Origin: Opitutia bacterium
GTDB taxonomy: Bacteria > Verrucomicrobiota > Verrucomicrobiia > Opitutales > Seribacteraceae
Length of the DNA stretch: 64,000 bases
Direction: 5' to 3'
NCBI GenBank assembly: GCA_002721705.1
Contig: PBLJ01000022.1
Coordinates: 4,482 to 68,481 of the forward strand
Part shown: one piece after another, positions 41,934 to 51,712 of the stretch
Layout of the letters: each line of letters opens with the position of its first letter
How positions within the stretch are numbered: position 1 is the first letter of the stretch
The notes under the pieces: model-generated
What the model was told of the DNA's origin: nothing
What the model saw: only the letters and a program-made list of their open reading frames with translations
Database searches by the model: none
Translations under genes and position numbers: made by a program

Positions 41934-43774
41934 AGCTTGCCTTTGTTTGAAAGATATGCCGTGCGGCGCGTAAATTCCCCTCTTTTGACCTTCAGCTTAA
42001 CAAGAGAGAGATCGAAAGCATATCCCTTGTGGTCTCGGAGGTAAGTGATGGTATTGAAGGTCAAAAGGACTTCCTGGCTTGATTCGCTTTCATTAAGCAC
42101 GCCAATTAATGCGGGCATGGGATCCATTGCATTTATAGTACCGAGGAATTCAGCCGCTCGCACACGAACCATGAGGTTGTCGTCTTGCAGGAGCTTCTTG
42201 GCCGTCGGGATGAAGGATTTCGCCGCTTCCCCGTGCACGGAGCAACTGATGCAAGCCCAATAGCGTTTCCACGGGTTTTCCGATGCCAGCGCATCCGCAA
42301 GGGGAGCCTTCGCCTTGTTGAACGGAGCGAGCGACAAATCAGCCACCGTCACCAGTTCATTGATTTCTTTGGCATGACGACGGCCATAGGCCACGCCATC
42401 CCCCAAGGCCTCGGCGGTCATATGACTTTCCGGAAAAAAGCTGAGGTCGTGGATGCGCTTTACTTTCTGGCGAAGAGCATTTCGCAATTCGACGAGAGTT
42501 TCTCGGTGTTCGGGATCCCTCGAAAGGTCCGTGACCTCGTGCGGATCGCTGGAAAGGTCGAAGAGTTGTTCGGGAGGTCGGCTTTCGAAAAACTGGCTTT
42601 GAGAGGCATTCAGTTTCCCCGCCTTGTAGAGGTTGCGCCACTCGGTGAAGGCAAGCATCCGGTAACGATAGTTGTTCTGCAACCCATCGGGATAAAACGC
42701 CTGATAATTTCGGACGTATTTCCATTTTCCTCTCCGCAAAGTGCGTACGAAGTCGTATTTCTCGTCGAAACGATCGGCATAGCCGAATGCCTCGTTTCGC
42801 TCCGCGAGTTGCTCTGCGGTGATCCCCTTCCCGAGGAAAGCTTTGCCGTCCATTTGCTGTGGGACCTTGAGACCTGCCAAATGAAGAACGGTAGGTCCAA
42901 AATCGATGAAACTGACGAATCCGTCCGTGCGGGAACCCTTCTCGTGATCCACCAGATCCTTGAAATTCTCGGGTATGCGAATCACCAAGGGCACGTGAAG
43001 GCCACTTTCATAGGCGTACCCCTTGCCGCGCGGCAAGACCCCGCCGTGATCTCCGAAATAAAAGATGAAGGTGTCCTCCAACAAACCATCCGCCTCGAGG
43101 CTAGCCACCACCTTGCCGATGAGTTCGTCGACGACTTTCATGCGATCAAAATACCGGGCATGCGTGTATCGGAAGGTAGGAGTATCTGGATGATAAGGGT
43201 GCAACTTCACCTTGTCCTGCGGCGTCTTCGTTCGTTCAGTCTTCATTAGCTTCGCAGGGAAATGCAGCGAGCTTTCATGGCACTGAGCAAAAGACTGCAT
43301 ATGGAAAAAGGGCATGTCCTTGTTCGGACGGCTTTTCCATGAGGCCTTGTTGGAAGAAAGGTTCCAAATTTCTTTCCCGTTATGGTAGAAATTGTAGTCC
43401 GTTTTCCGGTTGTTAGTACAATGGTACCCCGCTTTCTTTAGAAGAAAGGTCCATGGCTTGAAGCCCTTGGGCAAGTTGGCCAAAGCCGACTTCCGATGGT
43501 ATTGAAATCCTGCTCGCGGGGCAAGCAAGCCAGTGGCCAAGGTAGAACGAGCAACCGAACAAACGGGGGCATTGGAGAAGGCGTGATTGAAAGTTAAACC
43601 GGAGGCCGCAAGTTTCTCGACGTTGGGCATGGCCCCGAACTCAGCTCCATAATGGCGCAGGTAGTGGACGGAATTATCCTCGGAGACCAAGAACACCACG
43701 TTGGGGCGCTTGGCGGCATGCAGGATTCCAGCGAAGAACGAGGAGACGAGAAGACCTAGGGCGAGTTTTTTCAT
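41930..43774 (-). CDS. Sulfatase (S1 family) with non-canonical C-S-V-A-R motif and a C-terminal HEAT-like repeat extension
   Basis: 614 aa with a signal peptide. PNVVFLVSEDNS replaces the usual DD. The motif is APVCSVARSTLATG (Cys 43561..43559, Arg 43549..43547). Also FGDHGGVLPRGKGYAYESGLHVPLVI and LFDLSSDPHEVTDLSRDPEH. The C-terminal ~150 aa are HEAT-like (DDNLMVRVRAAEFLGTI). Confidence 0.85.
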   Translation of the reverse strand: MKKLALGLLVSSFFAGILHAAKRPNVVFLVSEDNSVHYLRHYGAEFGAMPNVEKLAASGLTFNHAFSNAPVCSVARSTLATGLLAPRAGFQYHRKSALANLPKGFKPWTFLLKKAGYHCTNNRKTDYNFYHNGKEIWNLSSNKASWKSRPNKDMPFFHMQSFAQCHESSLHFPAKLMKTERTKTPQDKVKLHPYHPDTPTFRYTHARYFDRMKVVDELIGKVVASLEADGLLEDTFIFYFGDHGGVLPRGKGYAYESGLHVPLVIRIPENFKDLVDHEKGSRTDGFVSFIDFGPTVLHLAGLKVPQQMDGKAFLGKGITAEQLAERNEAFGYADRFDEKYDFVRTLRRGKWKYVRNYQAFYPDGLQNNYRYRMLAFTEWRNLYKAGKLNASQSQFFESRPPEQLFDLSSDPHEVTDLSRDPEHRETLVELRNALRQKVKRIHDLSFFPESHMTAEALGDGVAYGRRHAKEINELVTVADLSLAPFNKAKAPLADALASENPWKRYWACISCSVHGEAAKSFIPTAKKLLQDDNLMVRVRAAEFLGTINAMDPMPALIGVLNESESSQEVLLTFNTITYLRDHKGYAFDLSLVKLKVKRGEFTRRTAYLSNKGKL

Positions 43775-43818
43775 GGAACGGCAGATCGGGGGAAGAATAT
43801 TTCGGGAAGGGATAGAAT

Positions 43819-45078
43819 TTATTTCAAGCCAATGGCATAAAGATTTTCGTATCCTCTCAAATAAAGACGTTCGTCTACGATCACGGGAGAGGCCGTAAAT
43901 TGGTCCTTCAGCTTGTTCTTGGCAATGATTTCATAAGACCTTCCGGCGTTCAGCACAGTGAACGTTCCATCGCGGGCGGTGAAGATAACCCGACCGTTCG
44001 CGGCGACCGGAGATCCGCGATAGGTTTGGCCATGAAAACGCTCTTGGTAGAGTTGCTCGCCAGTGATTGCATCCAAGCAAAGAACGGTGCCGTTTTCTTT
44101 GCAAAAGTAAACGACGCCTTGGTAGACCAACGGAGAAGTAACGTCGGTAGTTCCCTTGTCGGTTCGCCACAGTTCACTCTTGGCTCCTTTCATGATGAGC
44201 CCCTTGGCCTCGGAAAGTCGAACCCCCACCATGCCACGCCCCTTCGCCGAGGGAGCGATTACCAAGCCGGCATGAACCACCGGAGAAGCAACGAATCGCA
44301 ACGTACGGTTGTATCGGTCCTTGGGATTGAGTCCTCCGATCCGCCAAAGCTCCGTGCCGTCAGCGGGGTCGTGCCCGATGCAATAATCGTTGCCATGCGT
44401 AATCACGACGTTCACTTCGTCGTGACGATGAGCCGTGGGAGAGGCATAGGAGTGCAAACATTCCGCAACCCCATCACTCTTGCGCTCCACTTTCCAAAGC
44501 TCGGCCCCGGTTTCAGGCGATACACAAGCCAGCAAGGCGGCCCCGGCATGAATTAGTTGCAAATAAAGCCGGCTTTCGTGAAGTATCGGCGTGACGTGAA
44601 AGCCGAACCCAAGACGAAATTTTCCGTAGCGTTCCTGGGCGTTGAAACGCCAAGCCTCTTTGCCATCGAGTGAAAAAGCCACGACCTCTCCAGTCCCAGT
44701 CATGACGATCACTCGCTGACCATCGGAAACCGGAGAAGGCGAAGCGTTTGTGCGCTCCCCATTCCCTTTGCCGTTGGATTCACAAACCTTGCGTCGCCAA
44801 CTCTCCTTGCCATCTTTGTCAAAGCAAAGAAGCAAGACCTGCTTCTCGAATTCCAAGGTTAAGAAGACATTACCCTTGATCACGATGGGGGTCGAGGATC
44901 CCGCCGCAGGCAAGGGTGCCTTCCAGAGAACGTTTTTCGTTTCACTCCATTCATCGGGCAAGGTCTTGGCTTGGCCAATGCCATCCAGCAGCGGCCCTCG
45001 CCAATGAGGCCAATCCTCGCCAAGAAGAGACGTCGCCCAAAAGAGGAGCAAGAGAAGCGTGAAAAGGCGCTGTTTCAT
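43819..45078 (-). CDS. Secreted PQQ-like beta-propeller repeat protein
   Basis: 419 aa with a signal peptide. EDWPHWRGPLLDG is the typical N-terminus of PVC PQQ-like propeller proteins. Repeated W-x-motif blades follow (VLWKAPLP, ESWRRKV, EAWRFNA, ELWKVER, ELWRIGG, ELWRTDKG). Confidence 0.8.
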   Translation of the reverse strand: MKQRLFTLLLLLFWATSLLGEDWPHWRGPLLDGIGQAKTLPDEWSETKNVLWKAPLPAAGSSTPIVIKGNVFLTLEFEKQVLLLCFDKDGKESWRRKVCESNGKGNGERTNASPSPVSDGQRVIVMTGTGEVVAFSLDGKEAWRFNAQERYGKFRLGFGFHVTPILHESRLYLQLIHAGAALLACVSPETGAELWKVERKSDGVAECLHSYASPTAHRHDEVNVVITHGNDYCIGHDPADGTELWRIGGLNPKDRYNRTLRFVASPVVHAGLVIAPSAKGRGMVGVRLSEAKGLIMKGAKSELWRTDKGTTDVTSPLVYQGVVYFCKENGTVLCLDAITGEQLYQERFHGQTYRGSPVAANGRVIFTARDGTFTVLNAGRSYEIIAKNKLKDQFTASPVIVDERLYLRGYENLYAIGLK

Positions 45079-45089
45079 AATATGAAGTG

Positions 45090-46580
45090 TCAGGTGATGA
45101 TGTCTTTGACCACGTGCCCGTGCACGTCGGTAAGACGAAAGTCACGGCCTTGGTAACGATAAGTCAGCCGCTTGTGATCGATGCCAAGGAGATGCAGGAT
45201 GGTGGCGTTCAGGTCATGTATGTGCATGGTGCCCGGTGTCCATTTATCCTTGTTGGGCTTAATTGGATTTCCGTCAGCGTCGGCGATGTTATAGGCGTAG
45301 TCGTCGGTCTGCCCATAAGTGATTCCCGGTTTGACTCCGCCTCCTGCCATCCAGGTGGTGAAGCAACGCGGATGATGATCGCGTCCATAATTCTGGCGAC
45401 TGAGCTTTCCCTGACAATAGGCAGTGCGACCGAATTCCCCGCCCCAAACGACGAGGGTGTCGTCCAACATATTGAGCCGTTTCAAGTCCTTGATTAGGCC
45501 GGCGCAGCCTTGGTCTATGTCCTTGCATTGGGACTGGTGTTCACCCGGCAAGTTGCCATGAGCATCCCACCCGCGATGGAAGATCTGAATATTGCGAACC
45601 CCACGCTCGGCCAAACGCCTCGCATTGAGGCAACAAGCTGCGAAGGTGCCGGGGGTACGGGCGTCTTTACCGTACAACTCGAAGACTTTCTCGGGCTCCT
45701 TGGACAAATCCATCAACTCGGGAACCGAAGTTTGCATGCGATAGGCCATCTCATGCTGCTTGATACGGGAGAGCACCTCCGGGTCGGCAAACTTTTCATG
45801 ATGTCTTTTGTTGATCGTGGCCAAGGCATCAAGTTGAGCCCTGCGGTCATCGGATGAAACACCCTTCGGGTTGCTCAGGTACAAAACAGGATCACCTTGA
45901 CTGCGAAGCAGAATGCCTTGGTGGTCGGATGGCATGAATCCCGTACCCCACAAGCGGCTAAACAAGCTCTGTTCGGCGAAGCGGGTACGGGCATGCATCA
46001 CGACGTAACTGGGAAGGTCTTCGTTCAAGGTGCCCAAGCCATAGCTTAACCAAGCTCCCAAGCTCGGGCGACCAGGCACTTGGCTGCCGGTTTGTATGTA
46101 GGTGATCGCGGGATCGTGATTGATGGCCTCGGTGAAGGTGCTCTTTATCACGCACAGTTCCTTCGCCACGGTTGCGGTGTGAGGAAGCAACTCGCTCACC
46201 CAGACACCCTTGTGGTTGTTGTCGTGTTTGGTGAACTTGTATTTACTGGGAGCAAGCGGCAGGGTCTTTTGGCGAGACGTCATGCCGGTGATGCGCTGAC
46301 CGTCACGCACGTGCTTCGGCAAGTCCTTGCCGTAATCCTCCGACAATTTCGGCTTGTAGTCCCAGAGGTCATGATGACTCGGACCTCCGCTCATGAAGAG
46401 ATAGATTACTCTCTTGGCCTTTGCGGGATGATGCATGCCGGCTTTGTTGCCCGCAGCGGCAAGCAAGTCGGAGCCCAAGAGATTGGCCATGGCGGCAGTG
46501 CCTAACCCAAGGGCGGCTTTCCCGAAGAGTTGCCGCCGCGTCATCATCAGCTCGAGGTCCCGATAGTGGTTGTTATTCAT
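45090..46580 (-). CDS. DUF1501 protein, Tat signal
   Basis: ORF 45090..46652; preferred start is M25 at 46580 (MNNNHYRDLELMMTRRQLFGKAALGLGTAAMA). Contains YLFMSGGPSHHDLWDYKP and GGEFGRTAYCQGKLSRQNYGRDHH. Lies 34 nt downstream of its DUF1549/1553 partner. Confidence 0.85.
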   Translation of the reverse strand: MNNNHYRDLELMMTRRQLFGKAALGLGTAAMANLLGSDLLAAAGNKAGMHHPAKAKRVIYLFMSGGPSHHDLWDYKPKLSEDYGKDLPKHVRDGQRITGMTSRQKTLPLAPSKYKFTKHDNNHKGVWVSELLPHTATVAKELCVIKSTFTEAINHDPAITYIQTGSQVPGRPSLGAWLSYGLGTLNEDLPSYVVMHARTRFAEQSLFSRLWGTGFMPSDHQGILLRSQGDPVLYLSNPKGVSSDDRRAQLDALATINKRHHEKFADPEVLSRIKQHEMAYRMQTSVPELMDLSKEPEKVFELYGKDARTPGTFAACCLNARRLAERGVRNIQIFHRGWDAHGNLPGEHQSQCKDIDQGCAGLIKDLKRLNMLDDTLVVWGGEFGRTAYCQGKLSRQNYGRDHHPRCFTTWMAGGGVKPGITYGQTDDYAYNIADADGNPIKPNKDKWTPGTMHIHDLNATILHLLGIDHKRLTYRYQGRDFRLTDVHGHVVKDIIT

Positions 46581-46614
46581 GACAGATACCTTTGGGAAAT
46601 AAAGATCGAGGGGT

Positions 46615-49380
46615 TTAATAAATGAACAGGGCAGCGTCACTTGCCAATACAATGACCGCCAACTGTGTCCATGCAGCGACTTCCGCCGCCTTCAATTTCG
46701 GGTCACGGGGAATATCTCCAACCGAAAGCAAGGCCAAGGCGTCGCCCTCCGCATCCATGTATCGCTCCCGCATGACTGCCAACAGTTTGGCGCAAGCCGC
46801 TCGCTCGACCTCGCTAGGCGCCCGAGAGGCCAGTAAAGTAAAGAGATGGTTCAAGCGGGCGTCGTCATCCTTGGCTTGGCGAACCAATCGTTCGGCCAAC
46901 TTGCGAGCCGTTTCCACTCTTTGGGTTTCGTTGAGAAGGGCCAAGGATTGCGTGGGCGTGCTGGTGCGTGAGCGTTGAACGCAACTGGACTCCCGGCTAG
47001 GCGCGTCAAACAAGGTCATCATGGGATGAGGACTGGTACGTTTCCAGTAGACGTAGAGACTGCGGCGGTAAAGTCGTTCTCCTTTGTCGGCCACGTAGTT
47101 CTTGGTGTTGCTGCCGGGATGCATGAGAGCCTTCCACATACCGGAGGGTTGATACGGCTTTACGCCTTCGCCACCCATGAACGGATCGAGCAATCCCGAG
47201 GACCACAGCGCAATGTCCCGAAGGACCTCGGCGTCCAGGCGGTGACTTGGTCCGCGTCCCAAGAGACGGTTTTCCGGATCAGGGAGATCCGCGCGCCGAG
47301 CGGAACTTTGCCTGAAAGAACGACTAGTGACCATGGATCGGAGCATTCCCTTCAAATTCCAGCCACTTTCCCGAAGCTCGACGGCCAGCCAATCCAAAAG
47401 CTGCGGATGGGTGGGTTGTTCCCCTTGGAGACCAAAGTCAGCGGGCGTGCGCACGAGCCCTTCGCCAAAGGTTCGCTGCCAGATTCGGTTTACCAAGACG
47501 CGGGCGACCAATGGTTGCTCGGGAGAAACCAACCATTGGGCCAAGCCCAGTCTGTTGGCAGGGGCATCCTTGGGCAGGATGCCCAAAGCTGCCGGAACGC
47601 CTGGTTGCAGAGGCTCTCCTTGCGGTTGGTCGTATTCACCGCGATGCAGGAGCTTCGTCACGCGAGGCTTGGGCAACTCCTTGGCAACCAAGGTGGTGGT
47701 GAATTTCTTCTCCGCTGCAGCGATTCGACTCGCCAAGTCGGCCGCTTTCTTCTGCAACTCGGACATCGGATTCGCCTTGCCGGCAACTTCCGCTGAACCA
47801 AGGGGCGCCTTCCATGAAACCTTCAGGACTTCGCCACCGGTGTTTTCAAAGAAACGCACTTCAAGACGGTGTTTCCCGGCCTTCAGTGTAACCTTACCCT
47901 CGCGTGTCACCTCAGGATGAAGGCCGTCATTGTCGACCACCTTCTTGCCATCAATGAACAACTGCGAACCATCGTCAGAACTTGTCGCAAAGACATACTC
48001 TCCGTCCACGGGGCAATGGAAGTCCCCGTTGAACACGAAACCGAAACCATCGTCTCGATCGCGAGCGGAAAGGTCGAAGCGTCCGGTGGAAAGTTTGCCT
48101 TCCTTCTTGGGCTTGAGCTTGGAAAAATCGGGCATCTTATCCCAAACCCCATGATAGAACTTGTAACTCAGGTTGGACACGGGATAAGCGGGATCAGGAG
48201 GGGACGCAGTCTTGTTCCGCTGCTCCAGTTTCTCGAGAATCACGGCTTGCTCAGCCTTCAGCTCCTCCCATTCCTTCCAAGCCTTTTGGTCGGAGGGCGC
48301 CCTGACGTTGGGGGCATATTCATACCGGTTGCCGTCCATGGGCCCTTCGGCCGTGCTGTTGAAGAAAGCCAGCAGTTGAAAGTATTCGGTCTGTAAAATG
48401 GGATCGTACTTATGGGTATGACACCGGGCGCAGATCAAGGAAAGCCCCAGCATCGAAATGCCCAAGTTCTCCACCCGATCGAAATTGTTCTTGGCCTGAA
48501 ACTCAGCAGGAATAGCTCCTCCTTCCGCCGTACTCGGGTTCATCCTGACGAAGCCCGTGGCCACCTTTTGTTCCAAGGTGGACTTTGGAAGAAGATCGCC
48601 AGCAAGTTGCCAGGTAATGAATTGATCCAAAGGCAAGTTCTCGTTCAACGCCCTAACCACCCAATCGCGATAGGGATAGATGCCCCGCTTGTTATCGAGA
48701 TGCAACCCGTGCGTGTCCCCGTAACGCACGGCATCGAGCCAGTACCTCGCTTGGTGTTCGCCGAAGCGTGAACTGGCAAGTAATTCGTCTACGAAACGCT
48801 CATAGGCATCCTGTTTCCCATCATCCAGAAAAGCCTGAAGGCGCTTGGGCTCGGGTGGTAGCCCGGTGAGCACAAGGGAAGCCCGGCGAGCCAGCACGGC
48901 CCGCTCCGCATCGGGGGCAAAGTCCTTTCCTTCCGCCTGCAGCTTGGCACCAACGAAATAATCAATCGCATTGCCCTTGGCTTCTGGTTTCTGGGGTTTC
49001 ACGAAGGCCCAATGTTTGGCGTACTTGCCACCTTCCTTGACCCAGCGTGAGAGGAGGTCTCGTTCTTGGTCGGTCAATTTCTTCTCCGCCTTTTCAGGGG
49101 GCATGGGGTCATCGGCGTCGTGCAGACGGGCGAGAATTTCACTATCCTTGAGCGAGGCGACGTCTATGGCCCGGTATCCCCCGAGGTCGCGAGTAGCTCC
49201 CTCGAATGAATCAAGTCGAACAAGATCTTTCTTCTTGGTGTCCGGACCATGACACACAAAACATTTGTTGGAAAGCACGGGCAACACCTCGCGTGCAAAA
49301 TCAACCTTCTTGGCAGATAGAAAAGAGGTCAATGAACCAAGCAGGAGGAGGACGGGGAATGGCTTCATATTAATTGTCAT
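46615..49380 (-). CDS. PSCyt(CxxCH)/DUF1549/DUF1553 protein with an inserted PA14 domain
   Basis: 921 aa with a signal peptide (alternative start M5 at 49368). Contains CFVCHGPDTKKKDLVRLD, a DUF1549 region and CARCHTHKYDPILQTEYFQLLAFFN (DUF1553 type). The PA14 insert is YKFYHGVWDKMPDF...GEYVFATSSDDGSQLFIDGKKVVDNDG...LKAGKHRLEVRFFENTGG (about 47800-48165). Confidence 0.85.
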   Translation of the reverse strand: MTINMKPFPVLLLLGSLTSFLSAKKVDFAREVLPVLSNKCFVCHGPDTKKKDLVRLDSFEGATRDLGGYRAIDVASLKDSEILARLHDADDPMPPEKAEKKLTDQERDLLSRWVKEGGKYAKHWAFVKPQKPEAKGNAIDYFVGAKLQAEGKDFAPDAERAVLARRASLVLTGLPPEPKRLQAFLDDGKQDAYERFVDELLASSRFGEHQARYWLDAVRYGDTHGLHLDNKRGIYPYRDWVVRALNENLPLDQFITWQLAGDLLPKSTLEQKVATGFVRMNPSTAEGGAIPAEFQAKNNFDRVENLGISMLGLSLICARCHTHKYDPILQTEYFQLLAFFNSTAEGPMDGNRYEYAPNVRAPSDQKAWKEWEELKAEQAVILEKLEQRNKTASPPDPAYPVSNLSYKFYHGVWDKMPDFSKLKPKKEGKLSTGRFDLSARDRDDGFGFVFNGDFHCPVDGEYVFATSSDDGSQLFIDGKKVVDNDGLHPEVTREGKVTLKAGKHRLEVRFFENTGGEVLKVSWKAPLGSAEVAGKANPMSELQKKAADLASRIAAAEKKFTTTLVAKELPKPRVTKLLHRGEYDQPQGEPLQPGVPAALGILPKDAPANRLGLAQWLVSPEQPLVARVLVNRIWQRTFGEGLVRTPADFGLQGEQPTHPQLLDWLAVELRESGWNLKGMLRSMVTSRSFRQSSARRADLPDPENRLLGRGPSHRLDAEVLRDIALWSSGLLDPFMGGEGVKPYQPSGMWKALMHPGSNTKNYVADKGERLYRRSLYVYWKRTSPHPMMTLFDAPSRESSCVQRSRTSTPTQSLALLNETQRVETARKLAERLVRQAKDDDARLNHLFTLLASRAPSEVERAACAKLLAVMRERYMDAEGDALALLSVGDIPRDPKLKAAEVAAWTQLAVIVLASDAALFIY

Positions 49381-49494
49381 AAAGGGCTAACCGCCATCTC
49401 GGCAACAAACTCTTTGCGCAAAAGTGAGATTCCATAAGACAACTATGGCATCACAAGAATTTGACAAAGCCGTTTTGCCTGCAAGTCTCACCGC

Positions 49495-50517
49495 ATGCAG
49501 GCTTTAGTAAAAAGTAAAGACACCGAAGGGCTTTGGCTTGAAGAAGTACCGGAGCCCGAACTCGGTCATGACGACGTTCTGATCCAAGTTCGGAAGGCGG
49601 GTATTTGCGGCACCGACCTCCATATATACAACTGGGATGATTGGGCCAGCAAGACCGTGCCGGTACCTTTGGTGGTGGGTCACGAGTTCGTCGGCGAAAT
49701 AGTCGAAATCGGTCCTGGGGTGACTGATTTTAGAGTGGGAGAAATCGTCAGCGGCGAAGGTCACGTGGTATGCGGGCGATGCCGCAACTGCATGGCGGGT
49801 CGCAGACACCTCTGCAACGACACGGCGGGTATCGGGGTGACTCGTCCCGGAGCCTTCGCCGAACGAATTGTCCTCCCCATGACAAACGTCTGGGCCCACG
49901 GATCCGACGTGGACGAGGAGGTGGCATCGATCTTCGATCCATTCGGCAACGCCGTGCACTCCGCCCTCTCCTTCCCCGTTCTGGGCGAAGACGTGCTGAT
50001 CACTGGAGCAGGCCCCATCGGCTTGATGGCTGCGGCCGTGGTTCGCCATGCAGGCGCCCGTCACGTAGTGATAACGGACTTGAATCCCTACCGCTTGGAA
50101 CTGGCGGAAAAAATGGGGGTGACGCGAGCCGTGGATGCATCAAGGATTTCTCTCGAAGACATACAGAAAGAGCTTGGAATGGAAGAGGGGTTCGACGTCG
50201 GTCTCGAGATGAGTGGAAACCCCAACGCCTTTCGAGATCTCCTCGCCAACATGTGCCATGGCGGCAAAATCGCCATGCTCGGCATACCGGAAAAGGAAAT
50301 GGCCATCGACTGGAATCTGGTCGTCTTCAACATGCTCACCATCAAGGGCATTTACGGACGCGAAATGTATGAAACCTGGTACAAGATGACGGTCATGCTG
50401 CAAAGCGGGCTCGACGTGGCCCCCGTCATCACGCACCGGTTTCAGTTCCATGAATTCGAGAAAGCCTTCGCCACCGCGAACTCCGGACAATCGGGCAAAG
50501 TGATACTGGAGTGGTAG
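49495..50517 (+). CDS. tdh: L-threonine 3-dehydrogenase
   Basis: 340 aa. Contains [51 protein letters not shown], a zinc-ADH GHE motif ([14 protein letters not shown]) and a CGRCRNC structural zinc site. The kbl gene follows immediately. Confidence 0.95.
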   Translation: MQALVKSKDTEGLWLEEVPEPELGHDDVLIQVRKAGICGTDLHIYNWDDWASKTVPVPLVVGHEFVGEIVEIGPGVTDFRVGEIVSGEGHVVCGRCRNCMAGRRHLCNDTAGIGVTRPGAFAERIVLPMTNVWAHGSDVDEEVASIFDPFGNAVHSALSFPVLGEDVLITGAGPIGLMAAAVVRHAGARHVVITDLNPYRLELAEKMGVTRAVDASRISLEDIQKELGMEEGFDVGLEMSGNPNAFRDLLANMCHGGKIAMLGIPEKEMAIDWNLVVFNMLTIKGIYGREMYETWYKMTVMLQSGLDVAPVITHRFQFHEFEKAFATANSGQSGKVILEW

Positions 50518-50519
50518 CC

Positions 50520-51707
50520 ATGTATGCCGAGAAGTTGAAAGATCATCTTAGATCCGAACTCGAAGATATTCGAGAAGCCGGGTTACATAAGGCCGAACGC
50601 ATCATCGAAACCCCTCAGGCCGCCCGCGTGGAAGTCGGCAATGAATCACCGGTCCTGAATCTTTGCGCAAACAACTACCTGGGGCTTGCCAATCATCCCA
50701 AGGTGGTCGAGGCAGCCAGCAAAGCGCTGGACGAATGGGGCTACGGTCTAGCCAGCGTGCGCTTTATTTGCGGCACGCAAACCATCCACAAGCAACTAGA
50801 GGACAAGCTGACCGAATTTCTCGGCACGGAGGACACCATTCTCTACACCTCCTGCTTCGACGCCAACGGCGGATTGTTCGAAACCCTGCTGGGAGCCGAA
50901 GACGCCGTTTTCTCCGACGAACTCAATCATGCCTCCATCATCGATGGCATCAGGCTCTGCAAGGCTCAACGCTTCCGATACAAAAACAACGACTTGGCCG
51001 ACCTCGAAGAAAAACTGCACGAAGCCACCAGTGCTCGACGCAAGCTGATCGTGACGGACGGAGTGTTTTCCATGGACGGCACCCTCGCCAATCTGGCCGA
51101 ACTCTGCGACCTTGCCGACAAACACGAAGCTCTTGTAATGGTGGACGACTCCCATGCCGTCGGCTTCATGGGAGAACGCGGTCGTGGCACGCATGAATAC
51201 CAAGGAGTGTTGGGCCGGATAGATATTATAACGGGGACCTTGGGCAAGGCCCTCGGTGGAGCCAGCGGTGGATACACCAGTGGAAGAGCCGAGATCATCG
51301 CATTCTTGCGGCAACGCTCCCGACCCTATCTTTTTTCCAACAGCGTGGCTCCTCCCATCGTGGCGGCCTCCATTGCAGCCATTGACCTATTGCAGGAATC
51401 CACGGAATTAAGGGACCGACTCGAACGCAACGTTCGCCATTTTCGTCAAAGTATGACCGAAAGCGGCTTCTCCATCATCGAGGGCGAGCATGCCATCGTT
51501 CCCATTATGTTGGGCGACGCCGCCCTTGCCTCGCGTTTTGCAGACACCATGCTTGAAAAGGGAATCTACGTCATTGGCTTCTCTTACCCAGTGGTACCCA
51601 AGGGGAAAGCCCGTATTCGAGTTCAGGTATCCGCTGCTCACACCTTGGAGGACTTGGATTTCGCGGTGGAAAAATTTCGTGAAGCCAAAACCGAACTTGG
51701 GATTTGA
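50520..51707 (+). CDS. kbl: 2-amino-3-ketobutyrate CoA ligase (glycine C-acetyltransferase)
   Basis: The ORF track starts at the GTG at 50511. An ATG at 50520 lies 2 nt after the tdh stop. Contains [20 protein letters not shown] and the PLP-lysine region [15 protein letters not shown]. Confidence 0.95.
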   Translation: MYAEKLKDHLRSELEDIREAGLHKAERIIETPQAARVEVGNESPVLNLCANNYLGLANHPKVVEAASKALDEWGYGLASVRFICGTQTIHKQLEDKLTEFLGTEDTILYTSCFDANGGLFETLLGAEDAVFSDELNHASIIDGIRLCKAQRFRYKNNDLADLEEKLHEATSARRKLIVTDGVFSMDGTLANLAELCDLADKHEALVMVDDSHAVGFMGERGRGTHEYQGVLGRIDIITGTLGKALGGASGGYTSGRAEIIAFLRQRSRPYLFSNSVAPPIVAASIAAIDLLQESTELRDRLERNVRHFRQSMTESGFSIIEGEHAIVPIMLGDAALASRFADTMLEKGIYVIGFSYPVVPKGKARIRVQVSAAHTLEDLDFAVEKFREAKTELGI

Positions 51708-51712
51708 TCGAC

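Noticed and set aside
49461-49489. A TTGACA hexamer upstream of tdh, as a sigma70-type -35 element.
   Set aside because: No acceptable -10 hexamer lies at 16-18-nt spacing (AGTCTC). PVC promoter consensus is not well enough known to me to support a call.
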